Positions 13,947 through 27,319 of a stretch of 64,000 bases of DNA are shown here, one piece after another; the stretch's first letter is position 1; every line of letters begins with the position of its first letter. The stretch covers positions 36,208,001 to 36,272,000 of the forward strand of contig OX597820.1 in assembly GCA_951406725.2 (NCBI GenBank), written 5' to 3'. The position numbers and the translations under genes are program-made. Below the pieces are notes generated by a model, which did no database searches, was not told where the DNA came from, and saw only the letters and a list, made by a program, of their open reading frames with translations. Source of the stretch: Octopus vulgaris. Its lineage: Eukaryota.

Positions 13947-14441
13947 TACCTTTCTCTTTATAAATGTCCAATAAATTTCACACAGCCTTGGTTTTGTTGT
14001 CTCATTTTATTTAACATATCCATGTTCACACAAGGCCTGTATTAGACTCCTCACTCATATTATTATCAAACCGAGAGTCTAACTACGGTCTTCCTGTAAC
14101 ACTTACACAGCCTTACCTGCCATCTTGGGTCTTCTGGATACCAGTACCTCTCATATGTTTATATATATAAACATTTGGATGCAAGTATGGTTGTGTAGTT
14201 AAGAAGTTCACTTTTCAACCATATGGTTTTGGATTCAGTCTCAGTGCATGGCTTCCTGGGCAAATGTCTTCTACTATAAGGTTGGACTGGCCAAAGTATT
14301 GTGAGTGAAGTTGGTAGACAGAAATTGTGTGGGAGCCTGTTGTACATATGTGAATGTCGTGTTTGTCACCCAATTCCCCATTGCATAACAACTGATGTTT
14401 ACTTGTTTACATCCCCGTGATTTTGCACTTCACCAATAAAA

Positions 14442-15731
14442 TACCGTAAATCCTCGAGTATAATCCGCATTTTTATCCCAAAATTTAAAGGTAAAAATTC
14501 CTATATACGAGGTTAAAAATGAAAATTATTTTCTAAGCAATGTCCGAGTCTCTATTTGCTGTCCGGCAATTTTTATTCAGACGCATTTTGTGATGTCGGG
14601 CGCGAAAATACCTTAAATCATCCATAACTTGCAGCTAGCAACATTTATTAAACGTTATTACTGTTATTGGAGTGGCTGTGTGGTAAGTAGCTTGCTTACC
14701 AACCACATGGTTCCAGGTTCAGTCCCACTGCGTGGCACCTTGGGCAAGTGTCTTCTACTATAGCCTCAGGCTGACCAAAGCCTTGTGAGTGGATTTGGTA
14801 GACGGAAACTGAAAGAAGCTCATCGTATATATTACTCTTTTTACTCTTTTACTCTTTTACTTGTTTCAGTCATTTGACTGCGGTCATGCTGGAGCACCGC
14901 CTTTAGTCGAGCAAATCGACCCCAGGACTTATTCTTTGTAAGCCTAGTACTTATTCTATCAGTCTCTTTTTGCCGAACCGCTAAGTGACGGGGACGTAAA
15001 CACACCAGCATCGGTTGTCAAGCAATGCTAGGGGGACAAACACAGACACACAAACACATACACACATACATATATACATATATACATATATACGATGGGC
15101 TTCTTTCAGTTTCCGTCTACCAAATCCACTCACAAGGCATTGGTCGGCCCGGGGCTATAGCAGAAGACACTTGCCCAAGATGCCACGCAGTGGGACTGAA
15201 CCTGGAACCATGTGGTTGGTTAGCAAGCTACTTACCACACAGCCACTCCTATATATGTGTGTGTGTTTGTGTGTCTGTGTTTGTTCACCCAACATCGCTT
15301 GACAACTGATGCTGGTGTGTTTACATCCCCGTAACTTAGCGGTTCGGCAAAAGAGACCGATAGAATAAGTACTAGGCTTACAAAGTCCTGGGGTCGATTT
15401 CCTCGACTAAAGGCGGTGCTCCAGCATGGCCGCAGTCAAATGACTGAAACAGGTAAAAGAGAGTAAAAGAGTTATTAATGTTATTTCTTTGTTTTCTGCG
15501 AACAAAATGCTCAAAAAAGCTACACGTTTGCATTATGTTATAGATACAATAATAATAAAGGACGCTACCGTATACATTTTTACAAACCAAGGACGTTATA
15601 TAGACCTCCTTGACTCAAGTTAGAGAAGGGGAGCATATTATACACAAGGTTTAGGTTTTCAGAGGTATAGCCCCCTAAAAATCCCCTGCTTATTATACTC
15701 AAGGGCAGACTATACTCGAGGATTTACGGTA
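14442..15731. mobile_element. pogo/Tigger-like MITE containing two nested SINEs
   Basis: TIRs ccgtaaatcctcgagtata / tatactcgaggatttacgg with TA on both sides. Confidence 0.85.
14669..15470 (+). mobile_element. Dominant SINE interrupted by an antisense copy of the same family (about 14833-15250)
   Basis: Head at 14669-14830 resumes at about 15250; flanking duplication gttattactgttatt / gttattaatgttatt. Confidence 0.85.
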
Positions 15732-16079
15732 GGTACCAGACTTAAAAAGTAAGTACTGGGTTTGATTTGTTTGAGTAAACCTTTCAAGCTGGTGCCCCAA
15801 CATGGTTGCAGTTCAATGACTAAAATAAGTAAAAGATAAATGTTCTTACTTTTTGACTTGAAGCTTCAGGAACAACATTGTGGAACATCCATTAAATACA
15901 ACACTGTTAAATTGAGTTTTAAATTGAAGCATATTTGATAAGCTGTCAAAATTTTCATTGCACAGCCTGGTCACTGATATAGTTCCACTAAGTAACAGTA
16001 GAACTATGTTGGTTCCCAAATCACAGATATGTGAAGAATATTCTGACACTTCTTAGAATAAATTTAAATTTAGAATAGA

Positions 16080-16471
16080 CTAGCAGTATCGCCCGGCGTT
16101 GCTCGGGTTTGTTTTGACCCTTTAGAATTGGAATTTTTGAAAAGTAAAAATTTTGCATTATGTAGCTTGTTATTTTCTTTAAGTGAACATTTTTCTGGTT
16201 GAAATACACAAAAAAAATGGCAACATAGCAGTCAAAAAATCGAAAAAATAAGGACTTTCATAGAAAAACAACACCTTTTTGATGTAAATAATTTTTGGTC
16301 TTAACATGGTCCGATTTGAATTTTTTCTCCTACGGAAGGAAGAATAAGCCTTCTTCTATCATGTTCTCAATTTTGGTCAACTTGCGCCGCAGGGTCTCAG
16401 AGGAGATAGTGTTAGTTGAAGGCTACCAAACCTGCCATACACAGATAACTTCAGCTTTATATATAGAGAGA
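16080..16471 (-). mobile_element. Non-autonomous Helitron
   Basis: On the minus strand it starts A|TC, has the subterminal hairpin cccgagcaacgccggg and ends CTAG|T. Confidence 0.8.
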
Positions 16472-17060
16472 TTTAACAGCTTGGCATATTATTAAATGAT
16501 TCTTTCATCATGTAGTTACTTTAGTTTCAATTCACCATCACAGATCAAGTCATGTTCTAGACAAGCACATTCAAGCTTACAATTCGGCTTTTACAATATG
16601 TACATTGTTGTGCTGGAGCAAGCAACTGTAGATGCAGATATGGCTGAGTGGTTAAGAGACCTGCTTCCCTACTATGTGATCTCAGTCCCACTACATGGCA
16701 TCATGAACAAGAGTCTTCAACCATAGCCTTAAGCTGACCAGTGCCTTGTGAGTTGATTTGGTAGATAGAAACTGAACGAAATTTTGTAAAAGTATGTGTG
16801 TGCATGCATGCGTGAAGTGTGTGCATATGTATGTGCGTGTATCCTTATTTAGGCATCATTTGATGATTGTAAATGAGCTTCACCTTCAGACAAGTAATGT
16901 GCTTCATTTCCAATCTTCCACATTAATCTGGTCTGGCTATGGGGAAATAATATTTTACTTGAAAACATGTGAGGGATGGCAACAAGAAGAGCATCTAGCG
17001 TCAGTGAATTCTGTCTTGTGAAAGCATAGAAAAGAGGATGTTAAATGATGATGATAATAA

Positions 17061-17453
17061 GGCGCAAGAGTGGCTGTGTGGTAAGTATCTTGCTTACCAA
17101 CCACATGGTTCCGGGTTCAGTCCCACTGCATGGCATCTTGGGCAAGTGTCTTCTACTATAGCCTCGGGCCGACCAAAAGCTTTGTGAGTGGATTTGGTAG
17201 ACAAAAACTGAAAGAAGCCCGTCGTATATATATATATATGTATGTGTGTGTCTGTGTTTGTCCCCCCAACATCGCTTGACAACCGATGCTGGTGTGTTTA
17301 CATCACCATAACTTAGCAGTTCGGCAAAAGAGACCGATAGAATAAGTACTAGGCTTACAAAGAATACGTCCAGGGGTCGATTTGCTCGACTAAAGGTGAT
17401 GCTCCAGCATGGCTGCAGTCAAATGACTGAAACAAGTAAAAGAGTAAAAGAGT
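17061..17453 (+). mobile_element. Full-length tRNA-derived CORE-type SINE, followed by a Meta-type SINE fragment (17458-17627)
   Basis: tRNA head with B box ggttcagtcc, CORE-like cttgggcaagt, internal microsatellite, (agtaaaag)n tail. Confidence 0.9.
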
Positions 17454-17747
17454 ATAAGGCGGCAATCTGGCAGAAACATTAGCACGCCGGGTGAATGAGA
17501 TCGACTTTGCCTTTCATCCTTTCGGGGTTGATAAATTAAGTACCAGTTGCATACTGGGGTTGATCTAATCGACTGGCGTCCTCTCCAAAAATTTTGGACC
17601 TTGTGCCTAGAGTAGAAAAAAAAAAAAATGATGATGATGATGATAGTGATGTTAATGAGATCAAACAGATCTTCCTCACTTCATCTTTGATGTTCTAAAT
17701 TTATAAATATACCACAAAATGCTTATTTTCTCATGTACTTTTTGCAG

Positions 17748-18017
17748 TTACTGTCCAAGCAGTGGAAAGTGCACCAGAACCTGCATAATTATTTCCAGTA
17801 CCGTGGTAAGTACAATACGCAAAAGTTGCAGCAGCTTCAGCACAAATCTGATGTGAACCGGAAGAAAGCACACGACCTGAAGAGAACCATCGACGGCAAC
17901 ATCGATTCAATGACTTCCTATATTGATAAAGAGATTGCAGAGTCCATTCAGCGGAGCGTCAGGGTCAAAGAGAAGCGATATCAACTACCAAAAATTTCAA
18001 CCCCAATAACCGGATAA
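17748..18017 (+). CDS. Terminal coding exon of a coiled-coil protein; resembles the CCDC178 C-terminus
   Basis: tactttttgcag acceptor in phase 0; 89 non-repetitive codons LLSKQWKVHQNLHNYFQYRGKYNTQKLQQLQ...TPITG* ending in TAA. The CCDC178 similarity is from memory, not a search. Confidence 0.75.
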   Translation, partial: LLSKQWKVHQNLHNYFQYRGKYNTQKLQQLQHKSDVNRKKAHDLKRTIDGNIDSMTSYIDKEIAESIQRSVRVKEKRYQLPKISTPITG

Positions 18018-18236
18018 CAGAGTATATAGGTGTGTGTAATCTTGTGTGTAGTGTGTGTGTGTGTTTGTGTGCATATACATGTGTGTATATGTCCATCAGT
18101 ATGTGTGTGTCTGCATGTGTCTATCTGTATGTGTCACTCTGTGTACATTTGTATGCAGGCGTGTTTATAAGTATGTATGTATGCATTTATAATGATAATG
18201 TTGATGATGATAATGATAATAATAATAATAATAATG

Positions 18237-18296
<60 letters not shown>

Positions 18297-21099
18297 CTTT
18301 CAAATTTTGGCACAAGGCCAGCAATTTTAAAGAAGAGGATAAGTTAAAATTTTTGAACCCAGTGTTCAACTGGTACTTATTTTCTGACACTGAAAGAATG
18401 AAAGGCAAAGTACACCTCAGCAGAATTTGTACCTAGCACATAAAGAGTTAGTAAAAGTGCCACTAAGGATTTTGTTCAACTTGCTAAGTGCAATAATAAT
18501 AATAATAATAATAATAATATTAGTAATCCTGATTTCAAGTTTTGGCACAAGGCTAGCAACTTCAGGAAAAGGGATACATCGACACCAGTGTTCAACTGGT
18601 ACTTATTTTACCAAGCCTGAAAGGATGAAAGATAAAGTTGACCTCAGCAGAATTTGAACTCGGAACATAGAGATAGACAAAATGCCACATTCATACACAC
18701 ATGCACACATACATTTAATACTTGTATGTTTAAAACAGTAATATCATATACTATACATAGCTTTTTGTTTATTTTGTGGTACACAAATATAAAATTGCTT
18801 AACACTGACATATTTTTATTCATATGTATGATTAACATGATTATTTGAGCTGGAGTTTTGTTGTTACATTTTACATTTAGAATCACTGTGCATATCAGCA
18901 GTAAGAACTTAAATGACTAGATAACTCATAATGGTTTAAATTGAGTTCACTTTACTTTCAGCTAATTTTCATTGCACTTGATTAAACAACAAAACAAAGC
19001 CTTTTGCTGTCATGTCAAAATCAATTTATTTCTTTTGTTTAAAATTGAAATAGAGTTGTACATGAAGTATCTCTTAAACACAAAAACTTATAGAATCCTA
19101 CATAGTATAGTATTTCTGGAGGGTTATTCTGCCAATAAAAAAGCATGCACTGGTTATACATCACTTCAGTTTTATTACCACACAATTAGATAATGGATCG
19201 ATTGATCTCAATTGATTAATTCATCAGTCTGTTGAGGTTCTTTCATCACTGTCTGTGACCTTATCAATGACTATGTGCCCCTCAAGCACCTCTTTCTTCT
19301 CAACATTTATTGCATGTTTATCTCTTCATCTTACATGACTTCAATCTATTTCTAAATGTTGAATCTTTTCTTATCTTATCTATGTAATGATGGCGGTCTC
19401 TCTTTTATCTCTTAATCTCCATATATATTTAGAAAGTGCTGTGACGTTCTCCAGCTGCCAATGATGGAATGAATCATTGTTACACTGGAACAAGCGACTT
19501 CTGAATGAATATTCTGCTAAACCTATATAGCCTGTCAATGGAAACATCAACATGGCTAATTTCTAGGCATTTACATTGTTGTAGGTACCACTGAATATTT
19601 CATAAATTTAATGCCAACATCTTCCGTTCTCTGATTGTTTGCAATATCTTTTATCTTTGCAATGTGACTTCCAATTGCTCTTGCTGAGTCTTGCATGCAG
19701 ATATAGCTTTCTTTTCTGTTGCTCTTGATGAACAGCTGGTGGAATTTGTGGCTGTTTGTGAAACATTTTCTGATCAAGGTAAGAAAATGTTTTGTAACAC
19801 TGCTTTTCTTTTTTACATCTATGTTGTATGGTGAGTTATACCATATTACTTGTCTCTGCTGACTATTAGGTCAGTTGCTTGTCTTTTAGGTTTGATGAAT
19901 ATTTAATTCTTCTTCAATACTGGTTGCATGTTAGTGCTCTGTGGAAGTATTCAGTGGCCCTATTAAAGATGGTGTCATTAAAGGACACTGTGCTTTTTAT
20001 CCTGCCTGATGCTTGTAGATACAAGTGCATATGTAAGGCATGATGCTATTTGGTTCCTTAAAGGGCTTTGTAGAATTTTTAGTTTAAGTTTAACTCAAAG
20101 ACTTTACAGCTAAAGTAAACTTTGTGAGATTAAAATATCAAGAAATTTTATTATTTTATGGTTACTTTTACTGATGCCCTTGGTTCATATTTATTTAATG
20201 TAATAATTTAATTAAAAGAAATGAAGAACGTTTAATTTATTAAATTTGTTAAATATATTCAAGGTTGAAATTATTCATACAGCCGTCATCAATAGCATTT
20301 CAGCTGTGACCATCCTATGATTTTTTAGTGGCACCAAGGATCATCATCATAATTTAATATCCGGTTTCCATGTTAGTATGAGTTGGACAGTTTGACAGGA
20401 TCCAACAAGTAGCAGGACTGCATCAAGCCCCAATGTTAACTTTGGCGTGGTTTTTACAGCTGATTTTTTCCATTGTACCTACAATACCCTTGCATACTAT
20501 TTCAAGCAGATGAGTTGCTTGTTATTATACACACACTCTTTGATGTAAAATACTTTTAAGTTCTTTGTTCAACTAAACATTATTGAATTCCAGCATCTTC
20601 CATTCTCTGATTGTTTGCTATATTTTTTATCTTTGCAATGTTATTGTTGTTGCTGTTGTTGTTGTTGTTGTTTTGTCTAAGGGATAATTACAAGTATGAA
20701 GAAAACTCTGATTATAAGGAAATCCTCAGCTTTGAACAGATAAAATCTGCCACATATACCAAGTACTTTTCTTTAGTTTGTATATCCGACTGTGTGAATG
20801 TAAACTTTGTGGTAATTATAAAATTTTGGCTCATATGTATGAATATTCAATTTTTCCAATTGTAGATATTGTTGAAAAACGTATATGATGAAAGTTGTTT
20901 ATAAGAGGATGAGGTTGTAAATAAAAATGTCAAATAACAAGGAAATAAGAAAATTATATTTACCACTCCACAAATATTTTATTGATTTGATTATTTTGAT
21001 GTGTACAATATGTTTTAGTCAATGATTCACTTGTTATTCTATGTTACGTTATTTGCTATTATAAATGTTTTACCTCATTTTGCAAATTTTGTACATGTA

Positions 21100-21924
21100 T
21101 ATGAGGTAGTATAGTCACTTTGCACAACAATACACCAGTCCTAGCATTCCTACCCCTTTTGAAGACTGGCCAGGGAGTTGTTTTTGTAAGGCGGTCGGGG
21201 ACCTTCTGCAGTTTGCTCTAGATCTCAACAACAGTGTTAAAACATCAACCTTTGAGCTGCATTTTCATCTTGAGAAAGAAATGGAAGTTTGCAGGTGCTA
21301 AATATGGCAAATAGGGTGAGTGTGGAAGTGATACTATGTTATTTTTAATGAGAAATTCACAACTGAGGAGAGCTTGGTTACAGGGTGCATTGTTGTCATG
21401 AAGAATCCAAATCTTCATACTCCACAGATCCAATTGCTTTCACCAAATCTCCTCCTTCAAACACTTCAAAATATTGCAGTAGAACCCTCAATTGATGATC
21501 TGTCCCTTGGGGATGAATTCTTGATGCACAATACCACATCTCTGAAGGTGACACTTGTGGCAGGTCTTCCAGCAATGTTCATCCACTTTTGAAGTGACTG
21601 TGTCACTTGAAACATTGTGTATGACCCATTGCCTCATTGCCTTAAGCTTTCCAAAGCATGCTCAGTAGTAGACTTCCCATGTTTAAAACAAAATTTTATG
21701 CTGGCTGTTTGTTCCAACTTCCTGTCCAAGACAAGATCGCAGACTACAGCATACATGTGATCACAAAAACTCAAATTTCACAACTTGCAAAGTAAACACA
21801 GTAATGTCACTTGGCATACTCCCTCATGAAGTTCACTGCTACCTCTCACTGTGCATGCAACCATGTGCTGCTATTTGTTGGTGCACTACAGAACTAGTCT
21901 TGGAACTTTTTGATACCACCTTGT
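21100..21924 (-). mobile_element. Degenerate mariner
   Basis: WILHDNNAP and PHSPYLPYLAPANFHFF motifs; terminal tacaaggtggtatcaaaaagttcc on the minus strand. Confidence 0.8.
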
Positions 21925-22381
21925 ATGTATTCAAAACTACCAAAACATATATGCATACTTACACATGGGTACATGATTTTACAAATGGGTTACATACATT
22001 TTCTGAAGGTTTTCACGGAACAACAGGTTTAGTTTATGCAAAAGCTGTGCATTTACAGCATATTTAACATATTCCATGCAAAAGCTGCAAATGTATATAG
22101 TAAGCATTATTATTCATATTCACTGCAGAAGTTCCTAAAAGACAATAATTCTTGTACACACATGAGAAGGCACCAACACATTTTGGCCTTCTGAATTTTT
22201 TGTCTGTAATTTCAAATTATTTCTACTTTTTGTTCTGCTTAAATCAAGAAAGATATGCATGATATCTTATAAGTTGAATATAAAAGGTAATAGTAAAATA
22301 TTTGAAGTAGAATAACTAGTTGTGGAATAACTGAAATACAAATACATACATTGTATTAAATATATATTGATGACACAGAGC

Positions 22382-22419
<38 letters not shown>

Positions 22420-23336
22420 TTGATGAGATTTACTGGTGAGAAAATAAAGTGAAAATTAATTTGGTCATCAGAATTTATGAAAATAAAGACATTAGTTGAG
22501 CAGTATGAGATGAATATGACAGCAGAATGAGCTTTTGAATATAAAGCTTTTTTTAAAAAATGACTTCAGTCCATGAAAAATAATTTGGAGCTTGTGCACA
22601 ATGATTTAGAAAGTAAATCAAAAAGTGGGACAAATTCAACAGCTTCAAATGGTTGTTACATGAAAAAAATATTTCTGCAAATTTATGTAGCATATTACAT
22701 ATATGTTGGTTTCAAATTTTTGTACAAGGCCAGCAATTTGGGGGCAGAGGATAAGTCAGTTACCCTAATGCTCAACTGGTGCTTATTTTATTGATCCCAA
22801 AGTTGACTCCAGCAGTATTTGAACTCAGAATGTATATAATTGGGAAAATGCCACTAATCATTTTGCCCAACACAGTAATGATTCTTTCATACTATATGTA
22901 TTGACAACAAATAAAAATGAATAATTTAGTGGGACAAATGTGTGTGTGCACGCGCATGCATGCATGCATGTGTGAGATAACATTCAATCCATCTGAGCAT
23001 AGGAATGCAGAAATATCCTTGGTTGTTGTAAAACCACCAGCAGTGAGGGATTCCTAGCTATTGTCACAGCATCCTTCTAGGAGGACAACACAAAAAGAAT
23101 AAAGTTCACTCAGTGAAAGAGGAGCTTAGACTTGCAACATATACGATGACCTCACTTGTGCCAGTATCAAGTGGGAAAAACACTCAATAGATTATGTAAA
23201 GTGGTTGACATCCACCCATAGAAACCACATCAAAGGAGATGTTAGAGCACAAAACAGTCTTCAAACCTGTTGGATCCTGTCAAAATGTTTGAAGATAAAT
23301 CAACATTGAAGACAGATGAAGAGGGTAATGATGATG

Positions 23337-23381
<45 letters not shown>

Positions 23382-23943
23382 CATAGACAGACACACACAG
23401 ACACATGTATATATATATAAATAGAGAGGAAGAGAGAGAGATTATGATGCAAAAAAACAAGTAAAACTGTTAACTGTTAGATATACAAAATATACATACA
23501 TGTTTACATGTAAATAGAGAGAAAGCAAAGACTGAAAATTTTCAGACGATAAGCATTCCTGTATAAATATATAGATATTTATATATCAACAGAGCAAACA
23601 GAGTACAAAGGCACAAAAATTTTGAAGGGGAGAAAGTATGGTGTTACAGGTGTGACAGCTATTTCTGTGGGGCTCAGAATTACTACATAATGTTGGTAGG
23701 TGTGGTTCACAAAAATATGCAACCAGTAGCGGAAGCATATAAACATTGAGTAGATCTGCCTCCATCTTCAGTGTGGAGAGATAGATATCTGGAGATATTT
23801 AGTATAGAAATACTATTTTCTATATTGAGCATCTCTGGATCACATCTGTTGACTCTCTATCTCTGTTTGTCTGTCTGTCTCTCTCTCTCTCTTTCTCTCT
23901 CTCTGTATATATTTATTTATATTTATAAATAAATATATACATA

Positions 23944-24220
23944 GTCATTACATTCCTTTACTGGAGTAATTTTGGCTTACAGTTGTTTCCAGTAATCATT
24001 ATAGGTTTGTTACTGACAGGTTTACTCAATTAGTCTATTGATCAGGTGAGAAAAGTTGAACGGCCTAAAACATTAATGCTACTTTCATCAGGGCTATTCT
24101 TTAACTGATCAATGGACCAATTGATTAAACCTATCAATAATGAATCTATAAACATTTGGAAACATACCGGAAACAGCTATAAGCCAAATTTCCTCCAATA
24201 AAGGAAAAATATGTAATGAC
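23944..24220. repeat. Imperfect inverted repeat with hammerhead-like remnants (Penelope pLTR type)
   Basis: gtcattaca..ggcttacagttgtttcc pairs with ggaaacagctataagcc..tgtaatgac; ctgatga on the minus strand near 24085. Confidence 0.6.
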
Positions 24221-26409
24221 AGTTATTTATACCTTGTCTTATATATCACTTCATGTAAAAACCTGTATAACTGGAGTGCAACCATGGATTTAAAGAATGG
24301 TATGGTGATGAACTATTACCTTGAACCCTGCCATAAGACTACTTGAAGTTCTTTACTAATCTAAACAATATTGTTTACCTGGTGTGCTAACAGAGGAGCT
24401 TATGAAGTGTTTTCCCCTGAATTAATAATCTGTCACTAATAACTCTGTTTTGTATGTGTGTGTTCAGGAAGGATTCTGACCACCCCACCAAGTGACTAAA
24501 AGTGGACTGACACATTGTTATAATATAAAGCATTGCGAACAATTGAGAGTAAGCAGTTTACTGTAAGTTGTTGGCAGAGAGCATTTAACTTCCTGTAGCA
24601 GTAATAGTCGTGTGTTATGCAAATACTTTCTTTCCCTCTATTTCGTTAAATTAATTATCCAACATCAGGATATAAAAATATATATCAAAGAAGAAATCTA
24701 CCGAGAAATATGGAATTGGTGTGAATAGAACTCAGAGTACAAAGATTCACATCAATACTATCTATCTGATGCTCTAAAAACTCCACCTATTTACCTATAA
24801 GCCTGCATCTTTTGTATGCATATATGCATGTATGCATGCATGCATGCATGCATGTATGTATGTATGTATGTATGTATGTATGTATGTATGTATGTATGTA
24901 CGTATGTACGTATGTATGTATGTATGTGCTAAGTTTAAGCCATCTTGGCCCAGTTTAACATTACCCAATCCTTGTGTACCTTTAGTGGAGACCATTCTGA
25001 TATAAATGTTTGAGCTAGGTCACTGGCCTGAGGATAACTTCCTACCCCTGCCACTAATGGATACCCCTCCTTCTCTGACCAATCCATATAAGAATGTATG
25101 TATATTTATGTATAGATGATTCTTCTGTATAAAGGTGTGTAGATGTTTTATGAATAGCAAATAACGATAATGATGAACAACGATGTTAATGATGCATAGA
25201 TGACACCATTGCAGCTGCTGCTGTTGTTGGTAGTGGTGATAATGATGATGATGATGATGAGGAGGAGGAGGAGGAGGATGATGTTGATGATGATGATGAT
25301 GTTGACAACAACTACAACAATGATGATGATGACAACGACAGTGATGGTGGTGGTGTGAGGGTGATAGTGATGCCTGGCTGATGGTGGGTGTAGTGATGTT
25401 GGGTATGGTAGCGAAGGTGTGGCCAGAGGTGAAGATGATGATGGTGACATCAATGATGATGATGAGGATGAGGATGGTGAGGATGACGGCGATGACGATG
25501 ATGATAGTGTGATGTATGGATGACACCAGCTATTTATTCATAGCCAAAATTATGGCTGACAAACATTGTACAATTACATCCTTGTTACGCTTGTTGCAGT
25601 TGTTGTTGTTCTTATTGTTGTTACTGTTATTATTGGTGTTAGTATCTGTTGTTGTTGTTGTTATCATAGTAGTTAATTGTTGTTATTGTTTATTTGTTTG
25701 TTATGTTATTGCAGAGCTCTTAAAGATATTACTGGCCCAGGTAGGGTAAGGGTAAGGTTAGGGTTAGATTCCGGGGGGGGAGGAGTTGGACTGTTGAGTG
25801 AGGGGTTCCTTCTTCCCAACCCTGCCCCCTTCTCTCACTTCACAACTTCAGTAATGACGTCAATTCTCCTCCTGCTCCCCTTGTAACAGACATCCATTGT
25901 ATAAGTACATCTCTTACTCTTACACACACACACACATACACACACATGCATATACACTCAAGTCCCACCCACTCCTATCAGCAATCTTGGGATGGAATAT
26001 ATTTTTGTCTTTAATCAAAGGAATTTTTATTCTTATTTCACCTATTTTCAAATTTTGGTGCTTCCATCTCCACCTACACACTTCTAATGCCTCCTGTAAA
26101 CGCCCCCTGTCTCTCTCTATCTCTCTCCCTTTCTCTCTCCCTATCTCTCTCCCTATCTCTCTCCCTTACGTTCTCTGCCCCCTCCCCCGCCCTTCTCTCT
26201 CTCTTTTACACTGCAACAGTATGATGAATATATCTTAAAATCTTCGTTAATTACTTAGCGATGGAAAACGAAAAGTAATGCTGACCATCAAGCATCCCTT
26301 ATCCAACCAACTCCTCCATCTTTTCCATCCCTCTTTGGAGCCACATGTCACACCCAGCCACCAAACCCTAAAACAGGCAAGTCTTTTGTTATATTTGCCA
26401 TTCACCATT

Positions 26410-26440
<31 letters not shown>

Positions 26441-26670
26441 GCATGCACGCACTCACGTGCGTGCATGCACAGAGGTATTCTCCCTCGTTCTCAGTTTTTC
26501 ACTCTCCCTATCACTCAAGATATCAATGTGTGTGTGTGTGTATGTGTTTCTATATTGCTCTCTCTTTATTTTTACTTCTATCTAATCTTCATCTATTCTT
26601 CCATCATATGTATGTATGTATGTATGTATGTTCGTTTGCATATATATGTATATCTATCTATCTATCTCTA

Positions 26671-26719
<49 letters not shown>

Positions 26720-26753
26720 AAATGGATTGCATGGAAATACACCCACTCTTTTG

Positions 26754-26790
<37 letters not shown>

Positions 26791-27230
26791 GTATGTATTT
26801 ACACACATATACATATTTATATACATATTTTTATGCATATGTACATATGTATAAATATATATATATATATATAAAATATTTTGAAACTACTAAGATGTTT
26901 TGGAAACCAACTGATGAGAAAATCAGCTGTGAATGTTCCCTGTATTGTGTTTTTGTCTCCCTTTCCTGTTCATTATATTTACACCTAGTTTTTCTCTAGT
27001 TTTCTATTTGTCTAACTTTTGAAAAATACGTACATATATATATATATATATATATGATGATGATGATGATGATATATATATATATAAAGCAGACGTTAAA
27101 CGATGATGATATATATATATAAAGTTAATCCAAACAAGAAAACACAAAAAAGCAAAAAAAACTCAACAACACGAGGACGTGGAACAAATAAAGTATTATT
27201 GGATGCTCAGGAAAGAAGGGAAGAAGGAGG

Positions 27231-27265
27231 GTTTAACGTTTTGAGCGGAGCTCTTCGTCAGAAAC
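27231..27265 (-). ncRNA. Minimal hammerhead ribozyme (GAAA mutated to AAAA)
   Basis: Reverse complement gtttCTGACGAagagctccgctcaAAAcgTTAaac: stem I gttt/aaac, stem II gagc/gctc. Confidence 0.6.
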
Positions 27266-27319
27266 ATAGAAGAAGGTAAGATCCCGAGAAGGGAAGACAG
27301 AGGAAAAAAATCATATATC

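Larger units (their letters stand above)
13496..14014. repeat. Inverted repeat (arms ~140 bp) of Penelope pLTR type, with a hammerhead in each arm
   Basis: 13496-13640 is the imperfect reverse complement of 13872-14014. Confidence 0.8.

Noticed and set aside
17061-17135. tRNA-like sequences at SINE heads
   Set aside because: They continue into SINE bodies and lack a full cloverleaf, so they are not tRNA genes.
25740-25768. TTAGGG-like repeats
   Set aside because: Only about four degenerate units, too short to call interstitial telomere.
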